From Caulobacteraceae bacterium (lineage in GTDB: Bacteria > Pseudomonadota > Alphaproteobacteria > Caulobacterales > Caulobacteraceae), in assembly GCA_052441165.1 (NCBI GenBank), contig JBQVQW010000014.1, forward strand, positions 799 to 64,798: a stretch of 64,000 nt of DNA. The letters run 5' to 3'. Positions 10,219-20,451 of this stretch are shown one piece after another. How positions within the stretch are numbered: position 1 is the stretch's first letter; every line of letters starts with the position of its first letter. Made by a program: the position numbers and the translations under genes. The notes under the pieces are model-generated. The model was given only the letters and a program-made list of their open reading frames with translations, made no database searches and was not told where the DNA came from.

Positions 10219-11665
10219 GGATACGCAGGGCTTCGGCGGCTTCGGACGCGTCGTCGAAGGGGTGAGTCACGCCGCCGACGATCTGACCCTGTTCATGCCC
10301 TTTTCCGGCGATGACCACCACATCCCCGTCGCGCATATCCCCGATCGCATGGCGGATGGCTGCGCGACGGTCGCCGATTTCCAGCGCGCCCGGGCAGCCT
10401 TCGCGCACAGCCTTGCGGATTGAGCCCGGGTCTTCGGAGCGTGGGTTGTCGTCAGTGACGATGGCGACGTCGGCCAGGCGGCCCGCCACCTCACCCATCA
10501 GCGGGCGTTTGGCGCGGTCGCGATCGCCGCCGGCGCCGAAGACCACGATCAGGCGGCCGGTCGCATGCGGACGCAGGGCCTTGAGCACCGTCTCCAGCCC
10601 GTCGGGCGTGTGGGCGTAGTCGACGTAGACCTCGCCCTTCGACGCGCCGCCGATGCGTTGCAGACGGCCCTGCGCGCCCTCGATCTTCTCCATCGCCGCC
10701 AGAACCCGGCCGGCGTCCTCGCCCGCGGCGATGCACAGTCCGGCGGCGACGAGGGCGTTGGAGGCCTGGAAGGCGCCCGCCAGCGGGAGCAGGACCTCTT
10801 GGGTTTCGCCGCGCACGTCGATGGTCAGGCGCTGGCCTTCCGGCACGGCGCGGCGGGCGACGAGCGTCAGGTCGCGGCCCCGCTCACCCACGCCCATGAC
10901 GCCGAGGCCGGACATGATGCTGGCGGCGGCGAAGCTGGAGTAGGCGTCGCTGTCGGCGTTCAGCACGGCGGTGCGGCCACGCGGAAGCAGGGTCTCGAAC
11001 AGGCGCAGCTTGGCCGCGCGGTACTCGTCCATCGTACCGTGATAGTCGAGATGATCCTGGGTCAGGTTGGTGAAGGCGGCTGCCTTCAGAGTGACGCCGT
11101 CGATGCGGCGCTGGTCGATGCCGTGGGACGAGGCCTCAAGCGCGAGGTGGGTCACGCCCTCCTCCGCCAGTTGGGCCAGCATGCGGGCCGCGTCGGCGGC
11201 GTCGGGGCTGGTCAGGCCGGGGCCGGTCAAGGCCTGATTAACGTTACCCGACTGTTTCAAAACCCCAAGCGTGCCCATGCTTGCGGAGGTCAGACCCATG
11301 GCCGCCCAGAGCTGGCGGCAGAAGGCCGCGACCGAGGTCTTTCCGTTGGTGCCTGTGACGGCGACGCAGGTCTTCGGCTGGGCGCCATAGAAGCTGCGGG
11401 CGGCGATGGCGTAGGCGCGGCGGACGTCGCCCGAGGTGACCAGCAGCGGCGCCAGACCGGCGTCGGTGTCGGACGGCGCCAGGACGGCGGCCGCGCCCTG
11501 CGACAGGGCCTGCGGAATGAAGGCGCGACCGTCGGCGGCGCTTCCCGGCAGCGCCACGAACAGCGAACCGGGTGCGACCTTGCGGCTGTCGGCCGTCACG
11601 CCTGTGATCAGCGGATCGGACGGGACGTCCCGGCGCAGCAGGTCGGAGAGACGAAGCGCGCTCAT
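10211..11665 (-). CDS. murE: UDP-MurNAc-dipeptide:meso-DAP ligase
   Basis: VTGTNGKTS, EASSHG, FTNLTQDHLDYH, VDYAHTPD, and the DAP-type DNPR motif. Confidence 0.97.
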   Translation of the reverse strand: MSALRLSDLLRRDVPSDPLITGVTADSRKVAPGSLFVALPGSAADGRAFIPQALSQGAAAVLAPSDTDAGLAPLLVTSGDVRRAYAIAARSFYGAQPKTCVAVTGTNGKTSVAAFCRQLWAAMGLTSASMGTLGVLKQSGNVNQALTGPGLTSPDAADAARMLAQLAEEGVTHLALEASSHGIDQRRIDGVTLKAAAFTNLTQDHLDYHGTMDEYRAAKLRLFETLLPRGRTAVLNADSDAYSSFAAASIMSGLGVMGVGERGRDLTLVARRAVPEGQRLTIDVRGETQEVLLPLAGAFQASNALVAAGLCIAAGEDAGRVLAAMEKIEGAQGRLQRIGGASKGEVYVDYAHTPDGLETVLKALRPHATGRLIVVFGAGGDRDRAKRPLMGEVAGRLADVAIVTDDNPRSEDPGSIRKAVREGCPGALEIGDRRAAIRHAIGDMRDGDVVVIAGKGHEQGQIVGGVTHPFDDASEAAEALRIHA

Positions 11666-13380
11666 GCGGTCGGAACCGGCGCGGGCGCGGGCGGGTCGAT
11701 CCGGCGCTGGACGTTCAGGAAGCCCGCGATGCGGTCGGCGACGCGACCGACGACCGGGGCTGCGACGCCGCCGCCCTGACGCGAGCCCACGCCGGGCTCG
11801 TCGACCAGAACGAAGATCACATAGCGCTGGGCGTCGTCCGGGCCGTCGGCCGGGAAGACCGAGGCGAAGGAGCCGATGCCGCGGCTGGCGTCATAGCGGC
11901 CGTTGACCAGCTTGTTGGCCGAGCCCGTCTTGCCGCCCACGCGCAGGCCGGCGGCATCGGCGCGCTTGCCCGAACCGCGCAGGACGTTGGCGCGCATCAG
12001 GTTGCGGATGTCGCGAGAGGTCTCGACGCTGACAACCCGGCGGCCCTCGGCGTTCGTGCCGCCGCGACGCAGGGTCAGCGGGCGATAGACCCCCCCGTTG
12101 ACCAGAGACACCGTGGCCGCCGTCATCTGCAGCGGGGTGATCATGATGCCGTAGCCGAAGGACATCGAGGCGCGGGTCGAGTCCGCCCAGTTCTGCGGGC
12201 GACGCGGCCTGGCCGACTCATGCAGCTCGATCGGGGCGGCGTCGAGCAGGCCGAAGCGGGTGAAGTATTCCCGCATGGTGTCCGCGCCCATCTCGACTGC
12301 CATGCGCGAGGTGCCGATGTTGGACGAGTGCAGATAGACCTCTTCGAGCGTCAGGATCTCGTTCGTGGCGTGGAAGTCGGTGATGCGGCGATTGCCGATC
12401 ATGTACGGCTGCGAGGCGTCGTACAGGGTGTTCATGTCCGCCCGGCCGGTGTCGAGGCTGATGGCGACAGTGAAGGTCTTGAACACCGAGCCCATCTCGT
12501 AGTGGGCCGAGGTGACCCGGTTCAGGCTGTCGGTCGTGGGCCAGCTGGCCATGCCAAGGATTTCGCCGGTAGTGGCGTTGGCCACGACGCCGACGGCGCC
12601 CTTGGCCTCGGCGGCGGAGGCGGCCATGCCGAGCTCGTTCTCGAGGATGCCCTGGACGCGCAGGTCGATGGACAGGGGGAAGCTTTCACCCTTCTGCCCG
12701 GCTGCGCGGATGTCGGCGTTGAACGCCAGCTCGGAGCCCGAGATGCCCTGCCCGCCCGTGTCGGCGGCGCCCAGAACGTGGGTGGCGGAGTCACCCAGCG
12801 GATAGACCCGGCGGTCTTCCGGCTCGAACGTCACGCCGCCGAGAGCCAGGGCGTGGACGGTGGCCTTCTCCTGCGGAGTCAGGCCCGGCAGGACGATCAG
12901 ACGACGCTGGCCCGACAGGACGCGCTCCAGCTTGGCACGTGAAACGCGCGGCAGGGCGCGCCTGATCTGCTCTGCAGCCAGACGACGGTCCCAGACCTCG
13001 CGCGGATCGATGTAGAGGCCGTAGTGGGTGATGTTGGTGGCCAGCAGGGCGCCGTTGCGATCGACGATGTCAGCGCGGACCACGGCGTTCGGATGCGAGG
13101 CGGCGCCGACGCCGCCCTTGGGCGCCAGCAGGGCCGCGTTCATCGCGCCGAGCGCCAGACAGACGAAGATCGCCGAGAAAACGCACAGGATCAGGAAGAT
13201 GCGTACGCGGGTGTCCTCTTCCGGACGGGCGTCGGCGCGGGCGCGGCCGAACGAGTGCTCAACCCACCACATGGCCTCGGTGAGCCAGCGCCAGGACGGC
13301 ACCAGGCGGCGGGCGTCCATGCCCGGGCCGGATGCGCGCGGCGCGGGGCGGTCCCAAGCGTGCGGATCGTGAATGCTCAT
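11662..13380 (-). CDS. ftsI: Division transpeptidase PBP3/FtsI
   Basis: RADIVDRNG, SxxK (SVFK), SxN (SSN) and KTG motifs; follows ftsL. Confidence 0.95.
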   Translation of the reverse strand: MSIHDPHAWDRPAPRASGPGMDARRLVPSWRWLTEAMWWVEHSFGRARADARPEEDTRVRIFLILCVFSAIFVCLALGAMNAALLAPKGGVGAASHPNAVVRADIVDRNGALLATNITHYGLYIDPREVWDRRLAAEQIRRALPRVSRAKLERVLSGQRRLIVLPGLTPQEKATVHALALGGVTFEPEDRRVYPLGDSATHVLGAADTGGQGISGSELAFNADIRAAGQKGESFPLSIDLRVQGILENELGMAASAAEAKGAVGVVANATTGEILGMASWPTTDSLNRVTSAHYEMGSVFKTFTVAISLDTGRADMNTLYDASQPYMIGNRRITDFHATNEILTLEEVYLHSSNIGTSRMAVEMGADTMREYFTRFGLLDAAPIELHESARPRRPQNWADSTRASMSFGYGIMITPLQMTAATVSLVNGGVYRPLTLRRGGTNAEGRRVVSVETSRDIRNLMRANVLRGSGKRADAAGLRVGGKTGSANKLVNGRYDASRGIGSFASVFPADGPDDAQRYVIFVLVDEPGVGSRQGGGVAAPVVGRVADRIAGFLNVQRRIDPPAPAPVPTA

Positions 13381-13811
13381 TGCGCAGCCTCCGCGGCGGA
13401 TGCGGCGGCAGGAATTTCGGCAGGAGCAGGCGCAGCGGGCGTCGGGGCGATCACCACAGGGCGCGGCTCGGGAATGGGCGCAAGGTTGGGCAGGTTCGCC
13501 TCGGTCTCTTGCCGCTTCATCTCGACCGGCCCCAGACCTGCGCTACGGGACAGGGCCTCGAGACGACCGGGCTGCTCCAGACGGGCGACCTCGGCGCGCA
13601 GGAGGCGGACGCGCTCCCCATTCTCGCTGATCTGGCGCTCGAGATCGCTGATGCGGGCGCTTTCGCGCGCGGCGCCGGCCTTGGCGACATAGACCGAAAG
13701 AATCATCACGCCGACCAGAACGACGCCGATGATCTCGACCCAGCGGACGCCGCGGACCTTCCACGAAAACAGGCGCTGGAGCGGGCGGATGGCGAGGGCG
13801 GCGACGCTCAT
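13377..13811 (-). CDS. ftsL: Cell division protein FtsL
   Basis: One TM helix followed by a coiled coil. ATGA overlaps with rsmH and ftsI. Confidence 0.85.
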   Translation of the reverse strand: MSVAALAIRPLQRLFSWKVRGVRWVEIIGVVLVGVMILSVYVAKAGAARESARISDLERQISENGERVRLLRAEVARLEQPGRLEALSRSAGLGPVEMKRQETEANLPNLAPIPEPRPVVIAPTPAAPAPAEIPAAASAAEAAQ

Positions 13812-14761
13812 GCGGCGATCCTTCCCCACGGGGCGGCGTCCGTGCGGACGGCGGCGCGCAGCCTGGCCGAGCGCGAGCGCGGGTTGACCGCCAGCTCGGC
13901 CTCGCCCGCCTCGCGCGCACCCTTGAATGACAGGGTGAAGCTGGGCTTGCGCGTCTCGACAGCGACCGGGGCGTGGCGGGAACCGCCCGGCGCATTGCCG
14001 GTGCGCTCGGTCAGGAAGGCCTTCACAATCCGATCTTCCAGCGAGTGGAAGGTCACGACAGCCAGACGGCCGCCGGGCGCCAGCGTCGCCTCTGCGGCTT
14101 CGAGCCCTGCACGGAGCTCACCCAGTTCGTCATTTACGGCGATGCGCAGGGCCTGAAACACACGGGTGGCCGGATGGATGGCCGCGCCTCTGCGGCCGCC
14201 CAGCGCCTTCTCCACAACCTCGGCCAGATCAAGGGTTCGGCTGAACGGCCGTTCGGCGCGGCGGCGCAGGATGGCGGTCGCCACACGGCCCGACTGACGC
14301 TCGTCACCATACAGCTTGAAGATATGGGCGAGCGGGCCGTGGTCCCAGGTGTTGACGATATCGGCTGCGGTGACGCCCTCGTCCGACATGCGCATGTCCA
14401 GCGGGCCGTCGCGCATGAAAGAGAAGCCGCGCTCGGCCTGATCCAGCTGCATGGACGACACGCCGATATCGAAGACCACGCCGTCCAGCTTGGCCTCGCC
14501 CGACTGCGCGAAGGCGTCGGCCAGATCCGAAAAGGGCGTGCGGATCAGGCGGAAGGTCTCGGGATAATCGTTGGCGACGGCCTCGGCATGGACCTGCACC
14601 GTCGGGTCGCGATCGAGGGCGATGACGGTCGCGCCGGTCTTCAGGATGGCGCGGGTATAGCCGCCGGCGCCGAATGTGGCGTCGATGATGACGTCGCCAG
14701 CGCGCGGGACCAGGGCCTCGATCACTTTTTTCAGCAGAACAGGAGCGTGCGGAGAGGTCAT
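13808..14761 (-). CDS. rsmH: 16S rRNA C1402 N4-methyltransferase
   Basis: [52 protein letters not shown]. Confidence 0.97.
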   Translation of the reverse strand: MTSPHAPVLLKKVIEALVPRAGDVIIDATFGAGGYTRAILKTGATVIALDRDPTVQVHAEAVANDYPETFRLIRTPFSDLADAFAQSGEAKLDGVVFDIGVSSMQLDQAERGFSFMRDGPLDMRMSDEGVTAADIVNTWDHGPLAHIFKLYGDERQSGRVATAILRRRAERPFSRTLDLAEVVEKALGGRRGAAIHPATRVFQALRIAVNDELGELRAGLEAAEATLAPGGRLAVVTFHSLEDRIVKAFLTERTGNAPGGSRHAPVAVETRKPSFTLSFKGAREAGEAELAVNPRSRSARLRAAVRTDAAPWGRIAA

Positions 14762-15243
14762 GCGCTCTCCCCGTCCGGACGGCGACCGGCCAGCAGAGCC
14801 TTGCGTCCGGCCTCGCCGCGCTCGCGCACGGCCTGACGCGCCAGCGCGCGGCGCTCGTCGCGACGGGCGTTCCAACGTGCGCGGTCCCAGATCTGGAAGC
14901 GGGAGCCGAGGCCGACGATGACCACGTCCTCGCCCAGACCGGCTTCCTGACACAGGTGTTCGGGCAGGGTGATACGCCCACCCCCGTCATAGGCCAGCGG
15001 GCGCTGACCGGCGAAGAAGGTCTCTTCAAGGGCTGTGCGCAAGTCATCGCCGAAAGGCAGCTCCTCGATCATCGAGACGTACTCGGCCATCAGCTTTTCG
15101 CCGCCAGCCTCGAGGCAATCGGACTCGATCGAGAAGAAGCAGAACACGCCGTGCTCGGCGCCATTGGCAGCCGTCCGGAACTCCTGCGGGATCAGCAGGC
15201 GGCGCTTGCCGTCCAATTGTTTCTCAAAGGTCGAGAGAAACAC
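14758..15243 (-). CDS. mraZ: Division/cell wall cluster transcriptional repressor MraZ
   Basis: [19 protein letters not shown] and a second repeat DGGGRITLP, then VIVG...FQIWD. GTG start. Confidence 0.95.
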   Translation of the reverse strand: MFLSTFEKQLDGKRRLLIPQEFRTAANGAEHGVFCFFSIESDCLEAGGEKLMAEYVSMIEELPFGDDLRTALEETFFAGQRPLAYDGGGRITLPEHLCQEAGLGEDVVIVGLGSRFQIWDRARWNARRDERRALARQAVRERGEAGRKALLAGRRPDGESA

Positions 15244-15326
15244 GCCCTGCCTGATCGGACCCTGCGATCCGCCCCCTTTGAATCCCGACGCGCGCCATAC
15301 GGCGCAGCCACAGCCCTACTGCGACT

Positions 15327-15360
15327 TGGGATAGCATGGGATCAGTTGGGTCTCAATGGG
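15327..15360. promoter_or_regulatory. Putative MraZ operator: four TGGG repeats at 10-bp period
   Basis: TGGG at 15327, 15337, 15347 and 15357, upstream of mraZ. MraZ proteins are known to bind TGGG/GTGG repeats with 10-bp spacing. Confidence 0.75.
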
Positions 15361-15557
15361 ATTAGTTGACGTCCATTAACCGTCAAGCTGGCGCAACCCG
15401 TTGAGAAACAGGAACATACACAGAACGCGACACCTATCGACAGGGTGTGGGCAGATCCTCCCACGCCTTTGCAAGCAAGCAGTTAAGGCGCACCCCGGCG
15501 CTCTGGCCGAGTGACGACGGTCCAATCCCACTGGATCGAGCTTGATCGAAGAAAAAT

Positions 15558-15935
15558 GTCAGACGGCCTGTAAGCCGGGTTCTGTTCCGTCCGGAGACGG
15601 CGACGATCATTCCTCTGGACCGGACATTGCTGACCGGTTCTCGCGACCTACCCGGACGTCTCGGGCGGTGAACCCTGCGGGCCGAGGCCTGCGCGACATC
15701 CCTATTCGGTCTTGCTCCAGGCGGGGCTTGCCATGCCGTCGACGTTGCCGCCGACGCGGTGGGCTCTTACCCCACCCTTTCACCCTTGCCGGCCCCGCAG
15801 GTCCGGAGGTTTGCTTTCTGTGGCGCTATCCCTCGGGTCACCCCGGGCGGAGGTTATCCGCCGCCTTTTCACCGTGGAGCCCGGACTTTCCTCGACACGG
15901 GCATAGCCCGCGCCGCGACCGCCCGGCCGTCTGAC
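15558..15935 (-). ncRNA. rnpB: RNase P RNA (class A)
   Basis: On the minus strand: GAGGAAAGTCCGGGCTCC near the 5' end and ACAGAACCCGGCTTACAG near the 3' end. P1 helix GTCAGACGGCC/GGCCGTCTGAC. Confidence 0.97.
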
Positions 15936-16069
15936 GCGCGGAGAGATGCGCGCTGGCCCGAAGAAGGTCAACTCACGGGATCAGATGGCGGCGGTCGCCG
16001 ACACGCGCCCGGCGCTCACGGTCTGCTGGTGAGCCACATCGACGAGGACGTTCGGCGTCTGGCCGACGG

Positions 16070-16831
16070 CTAGTTCAAGACGCCGGTAGCGCTCTCCGCC
16101 GTCGCCAGCTGCAGGACGCCCATCAGGGTGGCGCGCGTCTCGCCGTCGGCGACGCCGTCGACGCGGGACGGGCGCCAGTGGCGCTGGAAGGCCTCGACGG
16201 TCAGGCGGGTCTCGTCATCGTAGTCGCCGCCCGGCTGGAGGGCGTAGCCCAGGCGATGCAGGCCGGCGCGCAGGACGATGACGCCCAGCCCCTCGTCGCC
16301 TACCCCCAGCGGGGCGCCCAGGGCGTCGATCCGCTCCGGAGCCGGCTCGAACCACAGCCCGTGACCAACCGAGGCCAGCCGCTTCCAGGGAAAACGCTCG
16401 CCGGGGTCCTGCTTGCGGTCCGGCGCCAGATCCGAATGGCCGATGATACGGGCGTCTGGAATGGTCCAGCGGGTGCGGATATCGCTGACAAGGCTGATCA
16501 CCGCATCGATCTGGACGTCCGGGAAATCGCGATACCCGAACTCGTGCCCCGGATTGACGATCTCAATGCCGATCGAGGCGGCGTTGCAGTCGGTCTCGCC
16601 CTGCCATGCGCCCCGTCCGGCATGCCAGGCTCGACGCTCTTCCGGCACCAGACGCAGGATCGAGCCGTCCTCATCGACCACATAGTGGGCGGAGACCTTG
16701 GCCTCGGGATCACGCAGACGCGCGACCGCGGCGTCTACGGACTGCATACCGGTGTAGTGGAGCACCAGCATGTCGGGCGGAGCCCTGCGGGTGTCGAAAT
16801 TGGCGGAAGGCGCGTCCCGAACGATCAGCAC
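16070..16831 (-). CDS. N-acetylmuramoyl-L-alanine amidase (AmiD/AmpD type) with C-terminal PG-binding domain
   Basis: LVLHYT, VSAHY, RAWHAG, SIGIEIVN, GHSD..PDRKQDPG; C-terminal LHRLGY...AFQRHW...DG. GTG start at 16831 inferred. Confidence 0.9.
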   Translation of the reverse strand: MLIVRDAPSANFDTRRAPPDMLVLHYTGMQSVDAAVARLRDPEAKVSAHYVVDEDGSILRLVPEERRAWHAGRGAWQGETDCNAASIGIEIVNPGHEFGYRDFPDVQIDAVISLVSDIRTRWTIPDARIIGHSDLAPDRKQDPGERFPWKRLASVGHGLWFEPAPERIDALGAPLGVGDEGLGVIVLRAGLHRLGYALQPGGDYDDETRLTVEAFQRHWRPSRVDGVADGETRATLMGVLQLATAESATGVLN

Positions 16832-16836
16832 AGGGA

Positions 16837-17166
16837 TCAGCGGCCTGTCCGCTCCCAGCCGTAGGTCACCCAGGCGCCGTCGACCTTGCGCGCCTCGATC
16901 ACGTCCTCGTCGCCGGCGCGGCGGTTGCGACGGGTCATGGCGCGGCGCGCGCGCAGGGCGAAGCCGGCGAAGAAGACCAGCACGGCGGCGAATACCGCGA
17001 TCACAGCGACGGCTGCGGCCGTGAACACCGCGAGGATGGCGCCTACTGTCATGGCGACCAGCGTGGCGATCATGCCTGCAAGCCACATCACAGGCGCGAG
17101 CAGACCGCCGGTCGGGCGGCGGGCGCCGGCGTTGGTGGCGAAGATCAGACGATCAGGCTGGGTCAT
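16837..17166 (-). CDS. Small membrane protein, unknown function
   Basis: Long hydrophobic stretch, then VIEARKVDGAWV. Co-oriented with and 5 bp from the amidase start. Confidence 0.75.
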   Translation of the reverse strand: MTQPDRLIFATNAGARRPTGGLLAPVMWLAGMIATLVAMTVGAILAVFTAAAVAVIAVFAAVLVFFAGFALRARRAMTRRNRRAGDEDVIEARKVDGAWVTYGWERTGR

Positions 17167-17269
17167 GGCGTTACCTTACAGGGCGCTGCGAACAACGCCG
17201 AACCCGCAATGTCGGTCCATACCCCTGAACCGTCAATGAGCGCCGCCTTCACAGGCCGGTGTCCAGCGT

Positions 17270-19051
17270 TCAGTACGGCTGGTCAGCAAGCACCGAAGCG
17301 CCCGACGCGCGGGCCCGTTCGGTCTGGATGCGGCGAACCGTCGCCTCTGCCTGCGGGTCGTCCATGACGCCGCCGATGCCGACCAGAACGCGGGCCGCCT
17401 CGCTGGAGACGCCGAAGGCGCTGGACAAAGCCTCCCAGGCCGACTCCGGCTCCGGATAACGCTTGTAGCGCACGGATTCGTCGGCCGGGATCCGGGCCAG
17501 CGCCTTCGCCTTGGCGATGGCCTCCTCGAGCCCGCCGAGCTGATCCACGAGGCCGATCTGCTGCGCCTGCGCCCCGGTCCAGACCCGGCCACGGGCGATT
17601 TCGCGAACACGGGCCGCCGGCAGGCGGCGGCCGGTCGAGACTCGCGCGATGAACTCTTCATAGGTGCGGTCGATCTGGGCCGCGAAGGCCGAGCGCTGCT
17701 CGGGCGTGAACGGCTGGGACGGCGAGAAGGCGTCGGCGTACTGACCGCCAACCGACAGGTTGCGCATGTCGATTCCGAATCGGCCCAACGCGTCTGCGAG
17801 CACGAACTTGCCGCCATAGACGCCGATCGAGCCGGTCAGCGTGGAGGGCTGGGCCACGATCCAGTTGGCTTCCGAACTGATCCAGTACCCGCCCGAGGCC
17901 GCGTATTCGCCCATCGAGACCACGACGGGCTTGCCTGCCGCCTTGGCGGCGCGGACGGCCGCAAGAATCTGCTCCGACGCCTCCGGCGAGCCGCCAGGCG
18001 ACGACACGCGGAAGACGATGGCCTTCACCGAGTCGTCCTCGATGGCGTCGTAGATCGCCCGGGCCGTATCGTCCGACAGGATCGACGAACCGCTGCCGAA
18101 CGGGTCGGCCCCGCCGCCGCGACCGGTCATGATCGCGCCCTCGCCGCCGACGATGGCGATGCTGGAGTTCCCCGATCCCGTGCGCTCGCCGATGCTGGAG
18201 GCGTAGTCGCCGAATTCCATGATCTCGGCGCCGTCGCCAGCCCGGCGCTTCACCTCCGCCTCGGCCTCCTCGACGTGGCCGACCCGATCGATCAGGCGGC
18301 GCTGGCGGGCCTGTTCGGCCGACCATGGGCCCGCCTCGATGGCGGCCTTCAGCGACGGCAGGGTCAGGCGACGGTCCCGCGCCACATTGGCCAGCGCGTT
18401 GTCGTAGATGGAGGTCATCCAGGCGACCATCGCCTCGCGGTGGGCGGGCGTGAAATCGCTCTCGGTGTATTCGTTGACGGCGTTCTTGTACTCGTAGCGC
18501 TGCTCGAACTGGGCATTGACGCCATAGCGCTCGAACGCGCGCGCCAGGAAGATGGAGTCAGCCGAGAAACCGGCCAGCTGGAAGGAGGCGGTGTTCTGCA
18601 TCCAGAGTTCGGACGCCGAAGATCCCACCATATAGCTGGACACCGCCGTGCCGACGGGCATGAAACCCTGGCTGTGGGCGATGACGATCTTGCCCGAAGC
18701 GCGGAAGCGCCGGATGGCCTGGCGGATCTCGTCGGCCGCAGCGGGCGTCAGCCCGCCCTCCGGCAGTCGAACCAGCACGGCCTTCACTTTCCGGTCGTCC
18801 TGGGCCTGGGCGAGGGTATCCACGATCTGCATCGTCGACAGGCCTCCGCCGCCAAACACAGCGAACGGGTTGGTGGGCGTCTGGTCCGTGATGCCATCAC
18901 GCAGATCCAGTTCCAGCACGGTGTTGGAGGGGGTCGGCTCCTTCGACGAAGCCGCTCCGATCGCGATGGCGATCAGGAAGAACGGGATCACGACGAAGAA
19001 GAGCAGCAGACCGGCGAAGACGCCGCCCATCGTCAGGAAGAACTGCTTCAT
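17270..19051 (-). CDS. sppA: Signal peptide peptidase SppA (long, two S49 domains)
   Basis: YKNAVNEY, RVSSPGGSPEAS, SMGEYAASGGYWI, TGSIGV, GRVWTG, GLVDQLGG. ATG at 19051 (MKQFFL). Confidence 0.93.
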   Translation of the reverse strand: MKQFFLTMGGVFAGLLLFFVVIPFFLIAIAIGAASSKEPTPSNTVLELDLRDGITDQTPTNPFAVFGGGGLSTMQIVDTLAQAQDDRKVKAVLVRLPEGGLTPAAADEIRQAIRRFRASGKIVIAHSQGFMPVGTAVSSYMVGSSASELWMQNTASFQLAGFSADSIFLARAFERYGVNAQFEQRYEYKNAVNEYTESDFTPAHREAMVAWMTSIYDNALANVARDRRLTLPSLKAAIEAGPWSAEQARQRRLIDRVGHVEEAEAEVKRRAGDGAEIMEFGDYASSIGERTGSGNSSIAIVGGEGAIMTGRGGGADPFGSGSSILSDDTARAIYDAIEDDSVKAIVFRVSSPGGSPEASEQILAAVRAAKAAGKPVVVSMGEYAASGGYWISSEANWIVAQPSTLTGSIGVYGGKFVLADALGRFGIDMRNLSVGGQYADAFSPSQPFTPEQRSAFAAQIDRTYEEFIARVSTGRRLPAARVREIARGRVWTGAQAQQIGLVDQLGGLEEAIAKAKALARIPADESVRYKRYPEPESAWEALSSAFGVSSEAARVLVGIGGVMDDPQAEATVRRIQTERARASGASVLADQPY

Positions 19052-19272
19052 GGGTAGGGACGTCATCCAGAGGCCGGGCCGGGTGATGGCCACCTTCGAC
19101 CATAGGGTGGCATCCCCTTCCGTCAAATGAACGTCTCTTAACGGGGGAATGCGTCGCAGCATGGTGATGCTGCGCTGCCGAAGGTCCGATTGATGCGGCG
19201 TCTCCAAATCACTATATGGGCGGTCTGCGAGCGGGGGCCTATCGCCCCGCGTTGTATCGGACCGCACTCCCC

Positions 19273-19632
19273 ATGCTGGTCACGCTCATGAAGTCCAAGC
19301 TGCACCGCGCGACGGTGACGCAGGCCGACCTCGATTACGAGGGTTCGATCGCCATCGACATGGATCTGCTCGATGCCGCCGGCATCTTTCCGCACGAACA
19401 GGTCGATGTGCTGAACATCACCAACGGCGCACGCTTCACGACCTATGCCATCGAGGCGCCCCGCGGCTCGAAGGTCATCGGGGTCAATGGCGCCGCGGCT
19501 CGACTGGTGCAGAAGAACGACAAGGTGATCGTGGTCACCTACGGCCAGCTTCCGCAGGAAGAAGCCCGCCACTGGTCGCCCAACGTCGTGTTGCTGGACG
19601 ACAATAACGACATCAAGCGCGCAGCGACTTGA
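19273..19632 (+). CDS. panD: Aspartate 1-decarboxylase
   Basis: [24 protein letters not shown] (Gly-Ser cleavage site), [14 protein letters not shown]. Confidence 0.97.
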   Translation: MLVTLMKSKLHRATVTQADLDYEGSIAIDMDLLDAAGIFPHEQVDVLNITNGARFTTYAIEAPRGSKVIGVNGAAARLVQKNDKVIVVTYGQLPQEEARHWSPNVVLLDDNNDIKRAAT

Positions 19633-19680
19633 CCCCTTCCTCAGGGTGCGTTCGTCTGGACGCAACCTGAGGAGGATTCC

Positions 19681-20415
19681 ATGAGAACGATTATCGTCGC
19701 GGCTGCCCTCGCGCTGGCCGGTGCCCCGGCCCATGCGCAGGAACCGTCGACCTCAACGATCATCGTCCAGGGGCAGGGCCGCGCCGAGGCGCAGCCGGAT
19801 TCCTTCTTCATCGGCGGGCAACTGCGCGGCCAGGGCTCGGACCAGACCTCCGCGCTGCAGGCCCTGTCCGGAGCGCAGGCGCGGGTTTCCGAGGGCCTGC
19901 AGCGGATGGACGGGTTGACCGGCGCTCGCCTTCTCACCGAATCCGTTGCGGTCGAACCGGTCTATGCGCCGGGATGCCGCGCCGAAGGGCGTGATCGCGA
20001 CGCCAGTGGCTGCACCATCCAGAGCTACACCGCCAGCCTTCGCTTCCAGTTCAAGGGAGCGCCGGCGTCAGAGGCCGGGAACGCCGTCTCTCTCGCATCG
20101 GAGCTAGGCGCGCAGAACGTCGGCACCTCCGGCACTCATCTGGAGGACGACTCCGCACTGCGGGCAGAGGCTCGGCGTCTGGCCTTCGCCGACGCCGAGC
20201 GACAGGCGCGCGACCTTGCAGAAGCCAGCGGGCGGCGGATTGTGAGGATTCTCCGGATCCAGAATGCGGACGCGCGGATGGGCGAATACAACGCGGGCTC
20301 CGTCGACGAGGTGGTCGTCACCGGAAGTCGCGTCCGTCCCAGCGTGGCCATCCCGGTGGATCAACCGCCAGTGCGGGTCGAGGCCCGCCTCAATGTGGCG
20401 TTCGAGATCGAATAG
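19681..20415 (+). CDS. SIMPL (DUF541) domain protein
   Basis: Signal peptide; TIIVQGQGRAEAQPD, RRLAFADAERQARDLA and VEARLNVAFEI fit the SIMPL pattern. Confidence 0.8.
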   Translation: MRTIIVAAALALAGAPAHAQEPSTSTIIVQGQGRAEAQPDSFFIGGQLRGQGSDQTSALQALSGAQARVSEGLQRMDGLTGARLLTESVAVEPVYAPGCRAEGRDRDASGCTIQSYTASLRFQFKGAPASEAGNAVSLASELGAQNVGTSGTHLEDDSALRAEARRLAFADAERQARDLAEASGRRIVRILRIQNADARMGEYNAGSVDEVVVTGSRVRPSVAIPVDQPPVRVEARLNVAFEIE

Positions 20416-20451
20416 CTTGACGGCACGCCGGACCGGGCATTCCCTGCAGTC

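Noticed and set aside
15973-16070. Coding-like codons after the amidase stop (possible read-through or frameshift)
   Set aside because: The GC3-rich triplets are not in the amidase frame, and I saw no start/RBS or slippery site.
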